Assembly (NCBI RefSeq): GCF_006345805.1
Contig: NC_043000.1
Location: forward strand, 138,508,001 to 138,572,000
DNA length: 64,000 nucleotides
Origin: Octopus sinensis
Lineage: Eukaryota
Direction of reading: 5' to 3'
Of the stretch, positions 50,005 to 61,329 are shown piece after piece. How positions within the stretch are numbered: position 1 is the stretch's first letter; the number at the start of each line of letters is the position of its first letter. The notes beneath the pieces are model-generated. The model made no database searches. It was not told the DNA's origin and worked only from the letters and a program-made list of their open reading frames with translations. The translations under genes were made by a program, and so were the position numbers.

Positions 50005-50367
50005 CCTTATATCACTTGAATATCCTGGATTAAACTCTCAGAACTTGAGGGATTTGAAATAATGCCACACACGCAGCATTTAGTCCAGACATTGTTCCTT
50101 TGGGTTATAACTTGTTCCAATCCATCGCTCACTTCCAGTGCTCTCAACACTTCACTAACCAGGAGGAGGTCGTAGCTTCAACGAAGTCCTACAACTTGAA
50201 AAACAAGAACTGGTATCAGCATGGGAACAAAAATGTAGCAGAAAGATGGCTCCAGATGGTGCAGCATGATGGCCTCTACTTTGAATGCTAGGCTGTCTTA
50301 GTTGCAGCTTAATAAGTAAAGCAAATACATTAGCAAAAATATTGTAAAACTTTTAACTCATCACAAT
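50005..50367 (+). mobile_element. mariner transposase C-terminal relic
   Basis: FEIMPH..FSPDIVPLGYNLFQSIAHF...ERWLQMVQHDGLYFEC*. Confidence 0.82.
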
Positions 50368-50836
50368 ATATCAAATTATAGCAAATTTACACTCTTTACC
50401 AACACACAGTAACTGACACTAAGTGTATCTTCATCGCATTCGTTAAATTAATGATTTGTTAAATGGGCTCACTTTACTATCATCACGTCTGTTATCAACT
50501 TTTTAGGGACGATTCAATCATTATGGTCTGGATGGTTTTCTGTGCAGCAGTTTACCACTTCTCTTAATTGTCGGTCATCTTATCAGAGCGACCTAACATT
50601 CCATCTTTTATATTATTTACTATTTCTCTACCATGGTTATCTTCTACTTTCAGAACTAAACACATTTTCACCCAGCTGATATCACAAGTCCACAGCGGTG
50701 CAATTTAATGCACAGTTGCATTCTCAGTTTACTTGTACTTATTTTTTTTTCTTCTTAATAATACAAATTTTTCATCTTGCAGCTGCATGTCTGCAGCATT
50801 CAATACACATGCTTTGCTACTATACATCTTCAAACT

Positions 50837-51169
50837 CCTTTCATATGATGCATCTGCTTTAATGTGAATGCAGAAGGGCTTTTATCAATAAATACACTCA
50901 ATCATATCATGTGTATATTGACTTATAGTACAGGTACACTGTATTCATGCATGACTAAAGGGGTTGGCACCAGAAGGGCATTCAACCAACAAACACTGCT
51001 TTGAAAAGATGTCCCCAACCCATACCAACATGGAAGAATCTGCATAAAAAAAGATGGTGACGACGATGAGGAAGATGTCAATAACAATAATGATGAGAAT
51101 GATTTTCATCATCATCGTCACTGTTCGGATGATGATCGTCATCATGATAATGGTAGCTTTCTGAACATC
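50837..51169 (+). repeat. Dispersed repeat I, copy 1
   Basis: Colinear with 59492-59820 including the degenerate (GAT)/(CAT) tail and beyond. Confidence 0.85.
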
Positions 51170-51562
51170 ACTTCTCTTTTTATTGGAATGTTACCCTCAT
51201 TTATGCCCCTGTGGCTAATAAAAGAATTTATTATTCTACTTTCAACTTTTTATCTACTATATATAAGGATTTTGTTTGGCGTACAATCTTGCGAATGACT
51301 ACACTTGAACATTCCGATGCATCTAAAGCCACATTTTCTCTGTTGTCAATTATCCAACATCCCTTTTCATGTTTTGTATATGTTTCATGACACATCATTG
51401 TTGTCATCGTCATCGTCATCATCATCATCTCAACCATCTAGTCTCAAGTTCAGTCCCACTGTATGCAAACCTGGCCAGGTATCTCCTACTATAGTCCCAA
51501 ACACCAAAGCCTTTTTAATAAATTTGGTAGAATGTCATAGTACACACCCCTTTTACAAATAT

Positions 51563-51945
51563 TGTGGCACCCCGTCGGTTACATTGACAAGGGTTCCAGA
51601 TGATCCGATCAACTGAACAGCCTGATCGTGAAATTAATGTGCAAGTGGCTGAGCACTCCACAGATACGTGTACCCTTAACGTAGTTCTTGGGGAGATTCA
51701 GTGTGACACAAAAATCTGACAAGCCTGGCCCTTTAAATTACAGGTACAACAGAAACAGGAAGAAAGAGTGAGAGAAAGTTGTGGTAAGAGAGTACAGCAG
51801 GGTTCACACCATCCCCTGCTGGAGCCTCATGGAGCTTTAGGTGTGTTCCCTCAATAAACACTCACAACGCCCAGTCTGGGAATCGAAACCATGATACTAT
51901 GACTGTCAATCCACTGCCCAAACCACTAGGCCATTGTGCCTCCAC
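51563..51945 (-). mobile_element. SINE family C
   Basis: Family C consensus on minus strand. Confidence 0.92.
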
Positions 51946-51970
51946 ATTTATCAATATGTACATATATATA

Positions 51971-52210
51971 CAGGGTTGGCCAAAAGTCACTCAACAGTAA
52001 ATCAAAAACTCCATAAATACTTAATATTCAATTTTATTTCTTCATTCCGATTATGAATGTTTAATAATTGAATGCTGACAGTTAAAATCACTATTATTTT
52101 TTTTCAACAGTTGTCTATTTATTAGCAAAGTCTCATATAAAATAATTTTTGTTTTAATCTTGGAATTAAATGGTTTTGATTTACTGTCAGGTGACTTTTG
52201 GCCAACCCTG
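51971..52210. mobile_element. Tc1/mariner-type MITE, 240 bp
   Basis: TA-flanked 37-bp TIRs cagggttggccaaaagtcac...agtaaatcaaaa; AT-rich non-coding interior. Confidence 0.93.
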
Positions 52211-53622
52211 TATATATATATATATATATATTAGTCATCTAAAAGTTTTGTTCGTCATGATGCTGACATAAGTTCCTTGTCTTTCCTGATGAGAAGACCG
52301 CATAATGCACCCTTTATTCCTTCGGAATTAAGAATATGCAGTCTTCAAAACATATGTCGAGAATAAAGGAAATTTGTTAAATCGTTGTTTGACTCCATTG
52401 TTTCATTTATATATATATACATATATACATATCATCATCATTCTTTAATGTCTACCTATGTGTGTGTGTCTGCATGAATGCGCACATGTTTGTGTGTATG
52501 TGTGTGTGTGTGTGTGTCCTTGTCTGGCCTTGGGAAATATTATGATGCTGACAAAGCTTGGATTGTTCATCACAATTTCTTTCCTTTACCTATTTACTCC
52601 TTTTTTCTTTCTTTTTCCCTTTACTTGTTAAAGACCACTACCTGGAACTTTGAACTCACCATTTCTTTACAGTAAAAAAACAATAACTACAAACTATAAA
52701 TCTTTTGCTTTATTTTGTCTTATTCATTCCTGGAAACTTTTTACTATAAAACCAGGCACACACAGGAGTTGATTCAACTGACAATACTTCATGAATGCAA
52801 ATTACCATTTCCTGAGAAAATTCTAAAAAATACAAATCAATACAATTCTAAAAATTCAAAGAAACAATGCCACACAAGTAAGCCATAGAATGGCTCATTG
52901 GAACTCTGTAATCAGCAATGTTATTATTTGCAACTGCAAGACAAATTATTTTTTGTAATGTGTACAATTCAAGTAATTGTGGAAATTATCAAGATACTCT
53001 AAAATTAATTAAAATAAAAATAAGAAACCTGCAAATACAAATACCCACATCAGGTAAAAATTTATTGTTATATTTAATAACCACACAAAGCTGAGCAATA
53101 TACCTGTAATGGAACACGTCTAGATGTTTATTTTTTAAACATAAGTGCAGGCTAATGAAAAATTCGTAACATTCGTAGGTTCTGTATGGCATGTTTATGA
53201 AAATGTTTTGTCAAGGCAAAGTGGAAAAGAAAAAAAAAAAAAATTAAAAACTGAATATCAAGTTATTTTTTTAATATCAAATTTAAAGCATTTTCATTCC
53301 TCAATTTTTCAAGTTTTCTTTTGTTTGTTTTTAATGTTCATTCTTCATTTTTTTTTTTTTTTTTTTTTTTTACATTATCATCTTTTTATTCTTTTGACTT
53401 TAAATGAAATGGGAATTTTCATTGCTAGTATGAAGAACTCTCAAATGAAGGAGCAGCATATGAGTTTATTGATTCTGTTTCTTAATTCTGTTATTCATAT
53501 CCTGATTCTGAATCAGAAACACATATTAATTTCGCAGCTGTAAAGCTTGATTGCCTCTCATCCATGATAAGCAATATAATCCAAGAAAACATTTTAAATA
53601 TACGACACATTTTGCTCACCAG

Positions 53623-53756
53623 ATTTAATAACTATTAACTTCTTCCTGCCAAGTTTGACAGCAGTGGCAACTGCATCAGTAAAATGTCATTCCGACCAAA
53701 ATGGCTTGGAAATTGGCCGACTGCTGAAAATTGCCAATGAGAATTCTCTGGATTGA
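53623..53756 (+). CDS. Candidate terminal coding exon, gene unidentified
   Basis: cattttgctcaccag| then open frame xLITINFFLPSLTAVATASVKCHSDQNGLEIGRLLKIANENSLD*; GC above flanks; AATAAA at 54198. Confidence 0.3.
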
Positions 53757-54366
53757 AGTTGTTATTGACTTTACTGATATCAGCACTAGATTATAGATTG
53801 ATTTATTATTATTATCATTGGCATTCTTCTTCAACTTCCTCTCTTTTGTCTTCTTTTATATTTTTTATTTCCTCTTTGGGATTAAATTCCTTTGTTGCTT
53901 TATGGCAAGGACTTAATGTCTTGTTTGCATGTTGCTATCAATTGTGCAAAAGTTGATGAAATTACAGAGAGAAAGAACAAGAGAGAGAAAATGAGAGGGG
54001 GGTGGAGTAAATAATATATATTTGTGTGTTTGAGTCTATATGCATTTGGGAATGTATGTATATAAGTATGTGAATGTCTGCATAAAGAGTGATATATATA
54101 AGAGCAGCGGAAGGATATAAGGTAGAGAAAGTACAGGTAAATATAGATTTTCAAGGTCACCCTGATTGTTAGTTTGCAATATATTTCCAAAGAAGGTAAT
54201 AAATCAAATTTTTATTTACATCTGAGTTCACTCAACAACAGCAATATGAAAAACAACTATTAAAATAATTACAAATAAGTTTTGTAAAACTGTGTCTCAT
54301 ATGCAGAGCATGAAGCTGATCACAAAAATCATATTTTTAATTCAATATATTTAAGCATAGCCTTGT

Positions 54367-54618
54367 AGAGGCACATGGCCTATTGGTTAGAGCAGTTGAC
54401 TCGCAGTCGAGGGATTGCGGGTTCGGATCTCAGACCTGGTGATGTGTGTGTTTATGAGTGAAACACCTAAGCTCTATGCAGCTCCGGCAGAAGGTAATGG
54501 CAAACTTCTGCTGACTCTTTCGCCACAACTTTCTCTCACTCTTTCCTCCTGCATCTTGCAGCTCAAGGAAACTGGGAAACTGGTCCTTATGAGCCAGGCA
54601 TGGCTCGAGAAGGAAAAC
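54367..54618 (+). mobile_element. SINE family F (family C head, different tail), internally deleted
   Basis: 15-bp TSD taagcatagccttgt (54352-54366, 54619-54633). Confidence 0.92.
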
Positions 54619-54659
54619 TAAGCATAGCCTTGTGGATATAAACATTACTTCATGACTAC

Positions 54660-55095
54660 TTGGGTTGAAGTTCAGTACTACTACACATGCCCTTTAGTAA
54701 GTATCTTTTACTATAGCCTCTTGTTAGTCAAAGCATTGTGAGTGAGGTCTGATGAGAGAAACGATGAGGAAACCTGTTGGAGGGAGTGTAGCTGTTCTTG
54801 AGTGACGTACTTTATCTTCTTGCTTGATTTTACATGACTACCTGGAATTGGGTCTCTTTGCAGAGACCCTACTGTTGCAAACGTTAAAGTCATATCCTTA
54901 AAATGAGGATAATGTCATGCAGTTAGGATAACTGGTGTGTTTACGTCTCCGTAACTTAGTGGTTTGGCAAAAGAGACCGATAGAATAACTACTAGGCTAA
55001 CAAAGAATAAGTCCTGGGGTCGATTTGCTCAACTAAAGGTGGTGCTCCAGCATGGCCACAGTCAAATGACTGAAACAAGTAAAAGAGTAAAAGAA
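54660..55095 (+). mobile_element. Chimeric/diverged SINE family A
   Basis: Old 5' part, ~150-nt unrelated insert in place of the microsatellite linker, well-conserved 3' half from 54931. Confidence 0.7.
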
Positions 55096-55629
55096 TTATT
55101 CTCCTAGTTTCACAGGCTCCAAAAAGTGTCATGGGTACTGCCTTTCCTTCTCTATCCAATGAGTATCAAAGTTATGATAGTGTTTATGTGTCTTAGCTCA
55201 GTTTCATATGGTTTTGTGATTTAATATGATATGCTACAAGCACAAGTAATCCTAGTAGAAACAAAAGAAGACTCTCCATTTTGGACCAGAAGAGAATCAT
55301 CTTGGTCAGGTTATATTGTGGTAAAGAACACATAAGGCACAAAAGCAACAATGTTGAAGTGATACCTTAGGATATCACATGATATAATAATAAAACAGAA
55401 TCATCGTTACCTTTATTTTCATTAAAATCATCATACTCTCTACTATTAAACCAGTATTGAGCCTTGTTCTACCCACCCCACCATCACCACTAGCATCAAA
55501 AATATCATGAGGGATACATTAATACAATATTTTAGACTCTACATATTGTCTACAATATTTGTAATATTGTTTGATTTGAAATTCATTTTCAACATCAATT
55601 TTAAGACTATGGATCTTCTATTTTTAACT

Positions 55630-56078
55630 TGTTTCAGGAATTAGAGTGTGGCCATGCTGGAGAAATTTTAGTTGAATGAACTGACCCAATACTTATCACT
55701 TTTTTGCAAAGCTTGATACTTATTCTATTAATAACTTTTGCAAAATCACTGAGATACAGTGATGTAAACACACCAACACCAGCTGTCAAGTGGTGGTGGG
55801 AGATAAAAACAGACACAAAAACACACACATACACACACTGACATATATACACTGACATGCACATGCAAACACACATATGCACGTGCACACAAACTTATAC
55901 ACCCCCACACACACGCAGAATGAGTTTCTTTTAGTTTCCATCAACCAAAATCCACTTACAAGGCTGTGGTCAGCCTGAGGCTATTGTAGAAGCCACCAGC
56001 CCAATGTGCCACACAGTGGGACTGAACCCAGAGCTATGTAGTTGAGAAGCAAACTTCTTACCATGCAGCCACACCTGA
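55630..56078 (-). mobile_element. SINE family A, diverged
   Basis: Both halves recognisable. Confidence 0.82.
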
Positions 56079-57649
56079 AGAATTTCACCTAGCTTATTAG
56101 AATATAATTTGTCTTCATTTCAATATAAATATCTGGCAGAAAGAGAAAAGTTACACTTGTAGATTACTAATTAGATTAGAATCTTGAATACTGAAATAAT
56201 ACTTTCGAAATCTTTGTAAACTAAAAATCACTTTGGAAACTTTTTGCTGGTATCGAGTCAAAACTTTTACTAGTAAGAACATACTAAGCTTAAAATGACA
56301 GCTGTTATTTAACAGTTAGTAGCATCATCAGTCATGTGTATAGATGGAAATACAGCTTAGAGACATTAAGTTTGCTTCAATTGTTCAGTTCTCATTTCAA
56401 TAATCTTCAGGTTTCCTTTTAGATTGATGCTATAATATGTGGTAATTGAATCTTAAAAATAGAAGAGAGATCCAGTCCATTAATTTCCAACTTAGAATGT
56501 CACAGATCTGTAAAATATTATATTCCTGCACCACCAAAACTATTGATTCGGAGTAGATTCCTACGAGTAAACATAAGAGTTTAAAGGAGCAATGATGCCA
56601 ACAAAGGATGTCATTACTAAAACAGATATACAACCAATATTTGCAATCAGAACTTGATAGCTTGCTGTAGCAAACCAACGTCTTGTGATTATAAGGAAAC
56701 TTCAAATAGTGTCAGCAGCCAAACTGAAAACCTATATATTGATCCTTGAATCTAAACATCTTGACATTGAATAGAATGAAGAACTGTTGTCACAAAGATA
56801 TAATCGTTAGGTTTCATTGATCTCTTTGTAAATTATCAGTCTCATCAAATTCAGATCAATATATAAAAAACAGAAATCAATATTTTGAAGAGCATTAATG
56901 AACTGAATGCAGTTTCACGCAATCTTGACATGCTGCCGAGACAGAAAGTTTGGCTAATAATTTGAAATTCTATAGATGGCACCTATATATCTAAAACTAT
57001 AAAGAAACTTTAATTATTTTCTTGTGATCTGACAAATGTAAGAAAGACCATTAATTAACCAAAACAATTTTGAACAACATTATATTTTTCTTCTTATTTT
57101 ACCAATTTTCTCTTTCCTTCAAAGCTTAATATTTAGATATTTTGAGAAAAGTTTATTTTCCTATACAAATATATGTGAAGATAGTGGAATATAACACTAA
57201 CTGTTCTCATGTTTTCGGTTACAAAATTCATATTAAATTTGTGACTAATATTTAATTTATGTAGTGTGATTCCAGTGTAGTTATTGATAGTAATTCATTG
57301 ACCTCATACGGTATAGATTCAAGTGATATTGCAGACACTGAATTGTCTCCTTGTCCAATGTATTTTACTCATGGTTTTCTTTTTTTTTCTTTCTTGGAGC
57401 AGACATATTAGAATTTGATCCTTTTCTACAGTTTACAATTCATTCTAATCTATTGGTATCAAGGTGATTAAATATTTGATATATAACTACTCTCACGCAC
57501 ACACAGATATATACACTAGGTACATATATACACACATACTGAGAAATGTAGTCTATAAAAGTACAGGCAATTCTAAAAATGTTCAAAGCTATCAAATACT
57601 TGTGCATATGTACATAGATCTCTCTCTCTCTCCCACTTTCTCTTCCACT

Positions 57650-57714
57650 ATATATATATATATACATACATATATATATATATATATAATATATATAAAT
57701 ATAAATATATATTA

Positions 57715-57745
<31 letters not shown>

Positions 57746-57781
57746 AATATATATTAATATATATATATATTATATATATAT

Positions 57782-57828
<47 letters not shown>

Positions 57829-57845
57829 AATATATATATATATAT

Positions 57846-57894
<49 letters not shown>

Positions 57895-57895
57895 A
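57650..57895. repeat. (AT)n plus (GATA)n microsatellite
   Basis: Direct inspection. Confidence 0.95.
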
Positions 57896-57899
57896 GAAT

Positions 57900-58270
57900 T
57901 TTTTTGTGTAATGAAATAAAAAACCAAGGCTGTGTAGATATTAGAAGATTTATAGATAGAAGGCTTTACAGCTGTTTCCAGGATATTTATTAATTATATC
58001 CCTTCATCGGAGACGGTGTGAGAGGATGGTTAAGTAATAGTTAGTTTAGATAGGATACAAAATAGAGAGTGAGGTGGAGGAAAAAAACTAGATGTAAGAT
58101 ATGTAGGGATATTGAAGTTGTAGATCCATTGTTTATGCAGAATGGTACATATATGTAAGATTCCAATACCTTATGAGTAAAATCCAACAGAATTTAAAAT
58201 GTGTCCTTCAAAAAATAAAGTTCATGCACAACGTAAGATTCCAAAACCTTATGAGTGAGATCCAGAAGTA
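57900..58270 (-). mobile_element. Probable Penelope-like element 3' region/terminal repeat
   Basis: Minus strand ccgatgaaggg...ggaaacagctgta hammerhead-like motif; duplicated HKVLESY-coding segment upstream. Confidence 0.5.
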
Positions 58271-58937
58271 TATATATATATATATATATATCAACATCAT
58301 TATCATTCCCTAACATCTGTTTTCCTTGCTGACATGGGTAGGATGCTTTGATAGGAACTTGTAATTTAGAAGACTGCAACAAGTTCTTCTGGGTGCCCTT
58401 CTAAATGTCAGTCGTATTACAGAGTGTACGGGGTGCTTTTTATCGTGGCACCAACTGCAGAACAAGACACCTACAAATGAAAAGCAGGGTAGTACGGAAA
58501 GAGAAAAAAGGTGTCTTGCATTAGAAGAGGAACATGACTACCTCAGACAAGGAGAGAGAGAGAGAGGAGAGTTAGACAAAGAAGATGTGTCGAGGAGGGT
58601 GCAGCAGCCATACACCCGAGTTACAGGGTGGTGTATATAATGAATTAGAGCAGGGATTGGAGAAGGTGAGGTGGGGGGTAAGTTCTCAAGACTTCAAACA
58701 TAGTGCGGGAGGAGCTAGAGATGGGTATGTAATGAATGAGTGCTGGTTACGGGAGGGGTTATTAGGAAGATATAGTGTGAGAAAGTGAGCGCAAGGTCAT
58801 AAATTTTATTTTGCTAGGTGGGTTTTCTCAAGAATTGCAAGTATTTACATTCCTTTTTTTTTTCTTTTGTCTTTAGGATTACAAATTTTACATCTTTCTT
58901 GCTTTTGCACTTCTGCAACTTTCAGTACCCATGTTCT

Positions 58938-58955
58938 GCTACTACTACTACTACT

Positions 58956-58986
<31 letters not shown>

Positions 58987-58988
58987 CC

Positions 58989-59085
<97 letters not shown>

Positions 59086-59111
59086 CCATCATCATCATCC
59101 CCATCATCACC

Positions 59112-59142
<31 letters not shown>

Positions 59143-59326
59143 TGATGATGATGATGATCATCATCATCACTATCACCACCATCATCATCATCCCCATCAT
59201 CACCATCACCATCACCATCATCACCATCACCATCACCATCATCATCATCATCATCACCATCAACACCATCACCATCATCACCATCATCACCATGATCATC
59301 ACCGCCACCAACACCACCATCATCAT
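58938..59326. repeat. Compound (CTA)/(CAT)/(CAC) microsatellite with an inverted (ATG)n block
   Basis: Direct inspection. Confidence 0.95.
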
Positions 59327-59490
59327 TGTTTAACGTCTGCCCTCGATGCTGGCATGGGTTCAATGGTTTGACAGGAACCAGCACAAGACTTCTGTATCTT
59401 TTTTTGGCAGGGTTTTTTATGGCTGGATGCCCTTCCTAGCACCAAACACCCAGTAGAGTGAACTGAGTGCTTTTTACATGACACCAAACT
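59325..59490 (-). mobile_element. RTE-LINE 3' UTR (family B), diverged
   Basis: gtttaacgtctgc...ggatgcccttcctagcacc. Confidence 0.8.
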
Positions 59491-59491
59491 G

Positions 59492-59820
59492 CTTTCATAT
59501 AACCCGTCTGCTTCAATGTGCATGAAGAAAGGTTTCTACCAATAAATACACCCAATGATACCATGTGTATATTGACTTTTAGTATAGGTGCAATGTATCC
59601 ATGCATGACTAAAAGGGTTGGCACCAGTAACGGCATTCAACCAAAAAGTACTGCATTGAAAAGATGCCTCTAACCTACACCAACGTGGGAGAGTCTGCAT
59701 AAAAAAGACGGCAATGATGATGAGGAAGATGACAACAACAGTAATGAGAATGATTTTCATCATCATTATTGTTGTTGTGATGATGATGGTGATCATAATA
59801 ACGAAAGCTTTCTCGCATCC
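59492..59820 (+). repeat. Dispersed repeat I, copy 2
   Basis: Colinear with 50837-51169. Confidence 0.85.
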
Positions 59821-60038
59821 CTTTTAATGATTCATATACACTTCTCAAAGAATTTTCTTCTTTTTATTTTCTTTTAATATGAATTAAATTAAGCGAAACT
59901 TCCAAAATGAACAATCTTATCGTTTAGAGGCATGAAATTGTTATGATTTTTGGAAGATGACTGATGAAGGAGGAGCATGTCCATTTCTTGTGTGTGATTT
60001 TTCCATGTGTTGGTTTGCCCTTCTATGCAATTTTTTAT

Positions 60039-60075
<37 letters not shown>

Positions 60076-60105
60076 CTATTATTATTGTTGTAGTTGTTGA
60101 TATTG

Positions 60106-60134
<29 letters not shown>

Positions 60135-60142
<8 letters not shown>

Positions 60143-60780
60143 GTCTTTTCCTTCTTTCTTCAAATTATCTTCCGTTTCTTGCCGAGTGTTTTCCATACCC
60201 CTAGGGCAGAGAAGGGCATTGTATGCATTCCCAGATTACACACACAAATTCACAGATAAAATATGTATTTAAAAATTAATAAATAAATAAATTCATGGAT
60301 GGATGTTATTTTCACAGCAATAGTGCTCTCCTCAGTACATGAGCCATTCTAGTTAATACGATTTTTTGCACTTCCTGTAGGGATGGTAAGCCTGGAATCA
60401 TTTTCAAATAAGTTTCAGTACCTTTTTTTATCATTCCTAGAGATCATACAATCACTGGTACTGTAGTCGCCTTGAGATGCCACATTTTTTCAATTTCCAT
60501 TAGCAGGTCTTTATTTTTACTAATCTTGTCAAATACTTTCGCTGCTATACTGTGATCACAGGGAATACTCATGTCAATTGATAAACACGTCCTTTTTGTC
60601 TGATCTTTTATAATAATATCCGGTTTATTGGCTTTTATAGTCCTGTTGGTCTGCACGTGGAAGTCCCATAGAATCGACACATTTTCTCCCTCAGTCACAG
60701 CTTCAGGATGATGTTTATACCATTTGTCAGCGGTTTTGATTTTATAATGCCAACATATTGTCCAATGTAAATTGGACAAT
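60135..60780 (-). mobile_element. R4/Dong-like LINE 3' end with restriction-like endonuclease domain
   Basis: LHWTICWHY...WYKHHPEAVTEGENVSILWDFHVQTNRTIKANKPDIIIKDQ...IDMSIP...KDLLMEIEKMWHLKATTVPVIV; AAT/ATT tracts both sides. Confidence 0.93.
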
Positions 60781-60782
60781 TA

Positions 60783-60843
<61 letters not shown>

Positions 60844-60867
60844 TATTATTATTGTTATTGTTATTAT

Positions 60868-61090
60868 GAAGGCGGTGAGCTGTCAGAATCATTAGCATGC
60901 CAAACGAAATGCTTAGCCTTATTTCGTCTGCTGCTACATCCTGAGTTCAAATTCCACTAAGGTCGACTTTGCTTTCTTCCTTTCAGGGTTGATAAATTAA
61001 GTACCAGTTGAAAACTGGGTTTGATGTATTCAACTGGCCCACCTCCCCCAAAATTTCAGGCCTTGTGCCTATAGTAGAAAGGATTATTTT
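60868..61090 (+). mobile_element. SINE family D (D1 tail)
   Basis: Starts directly after (ATT)n; tail ...ccttgtgcctatagtagaaaggattatt. Confidence 0.9.
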
Positions 61091-61329
61091 ATTGTGTATT
61101 TCCAGATGTTTCAAACAGGATTCTTTCCATACTATCATGTGTATTTCTCTCTTCCTGTTGAATGTGGAAGGGTTTAGTTTTTGAGAAGGTGGATGAAGAT
61201 GTTTGATGGACCTATGTTTCACCTTAAGGGCTTATTTTTTAGTGCTTCTTATTATTAGTGAAAGTTTTACATCATTGACACTTGAGTGTAAATATCTGAG
61301 AATACCTGAAAGCAACAAAATCAAAAGTA

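Noticed and set aside
54748-54770. ctgatgagagaaac, apparent perfect hammerhead core
   Set aside because: No room for stem II; it aligns to a decayed SINE-A segment (ggtagacggaaac)
58845-59384. 134-179 aa poly-His, poly-Asp, poly-Ser, poly-Ile ORFs
   Set aside because: Open in many frames on both strands only because (CAT)n lacks stops; pure microsatellite
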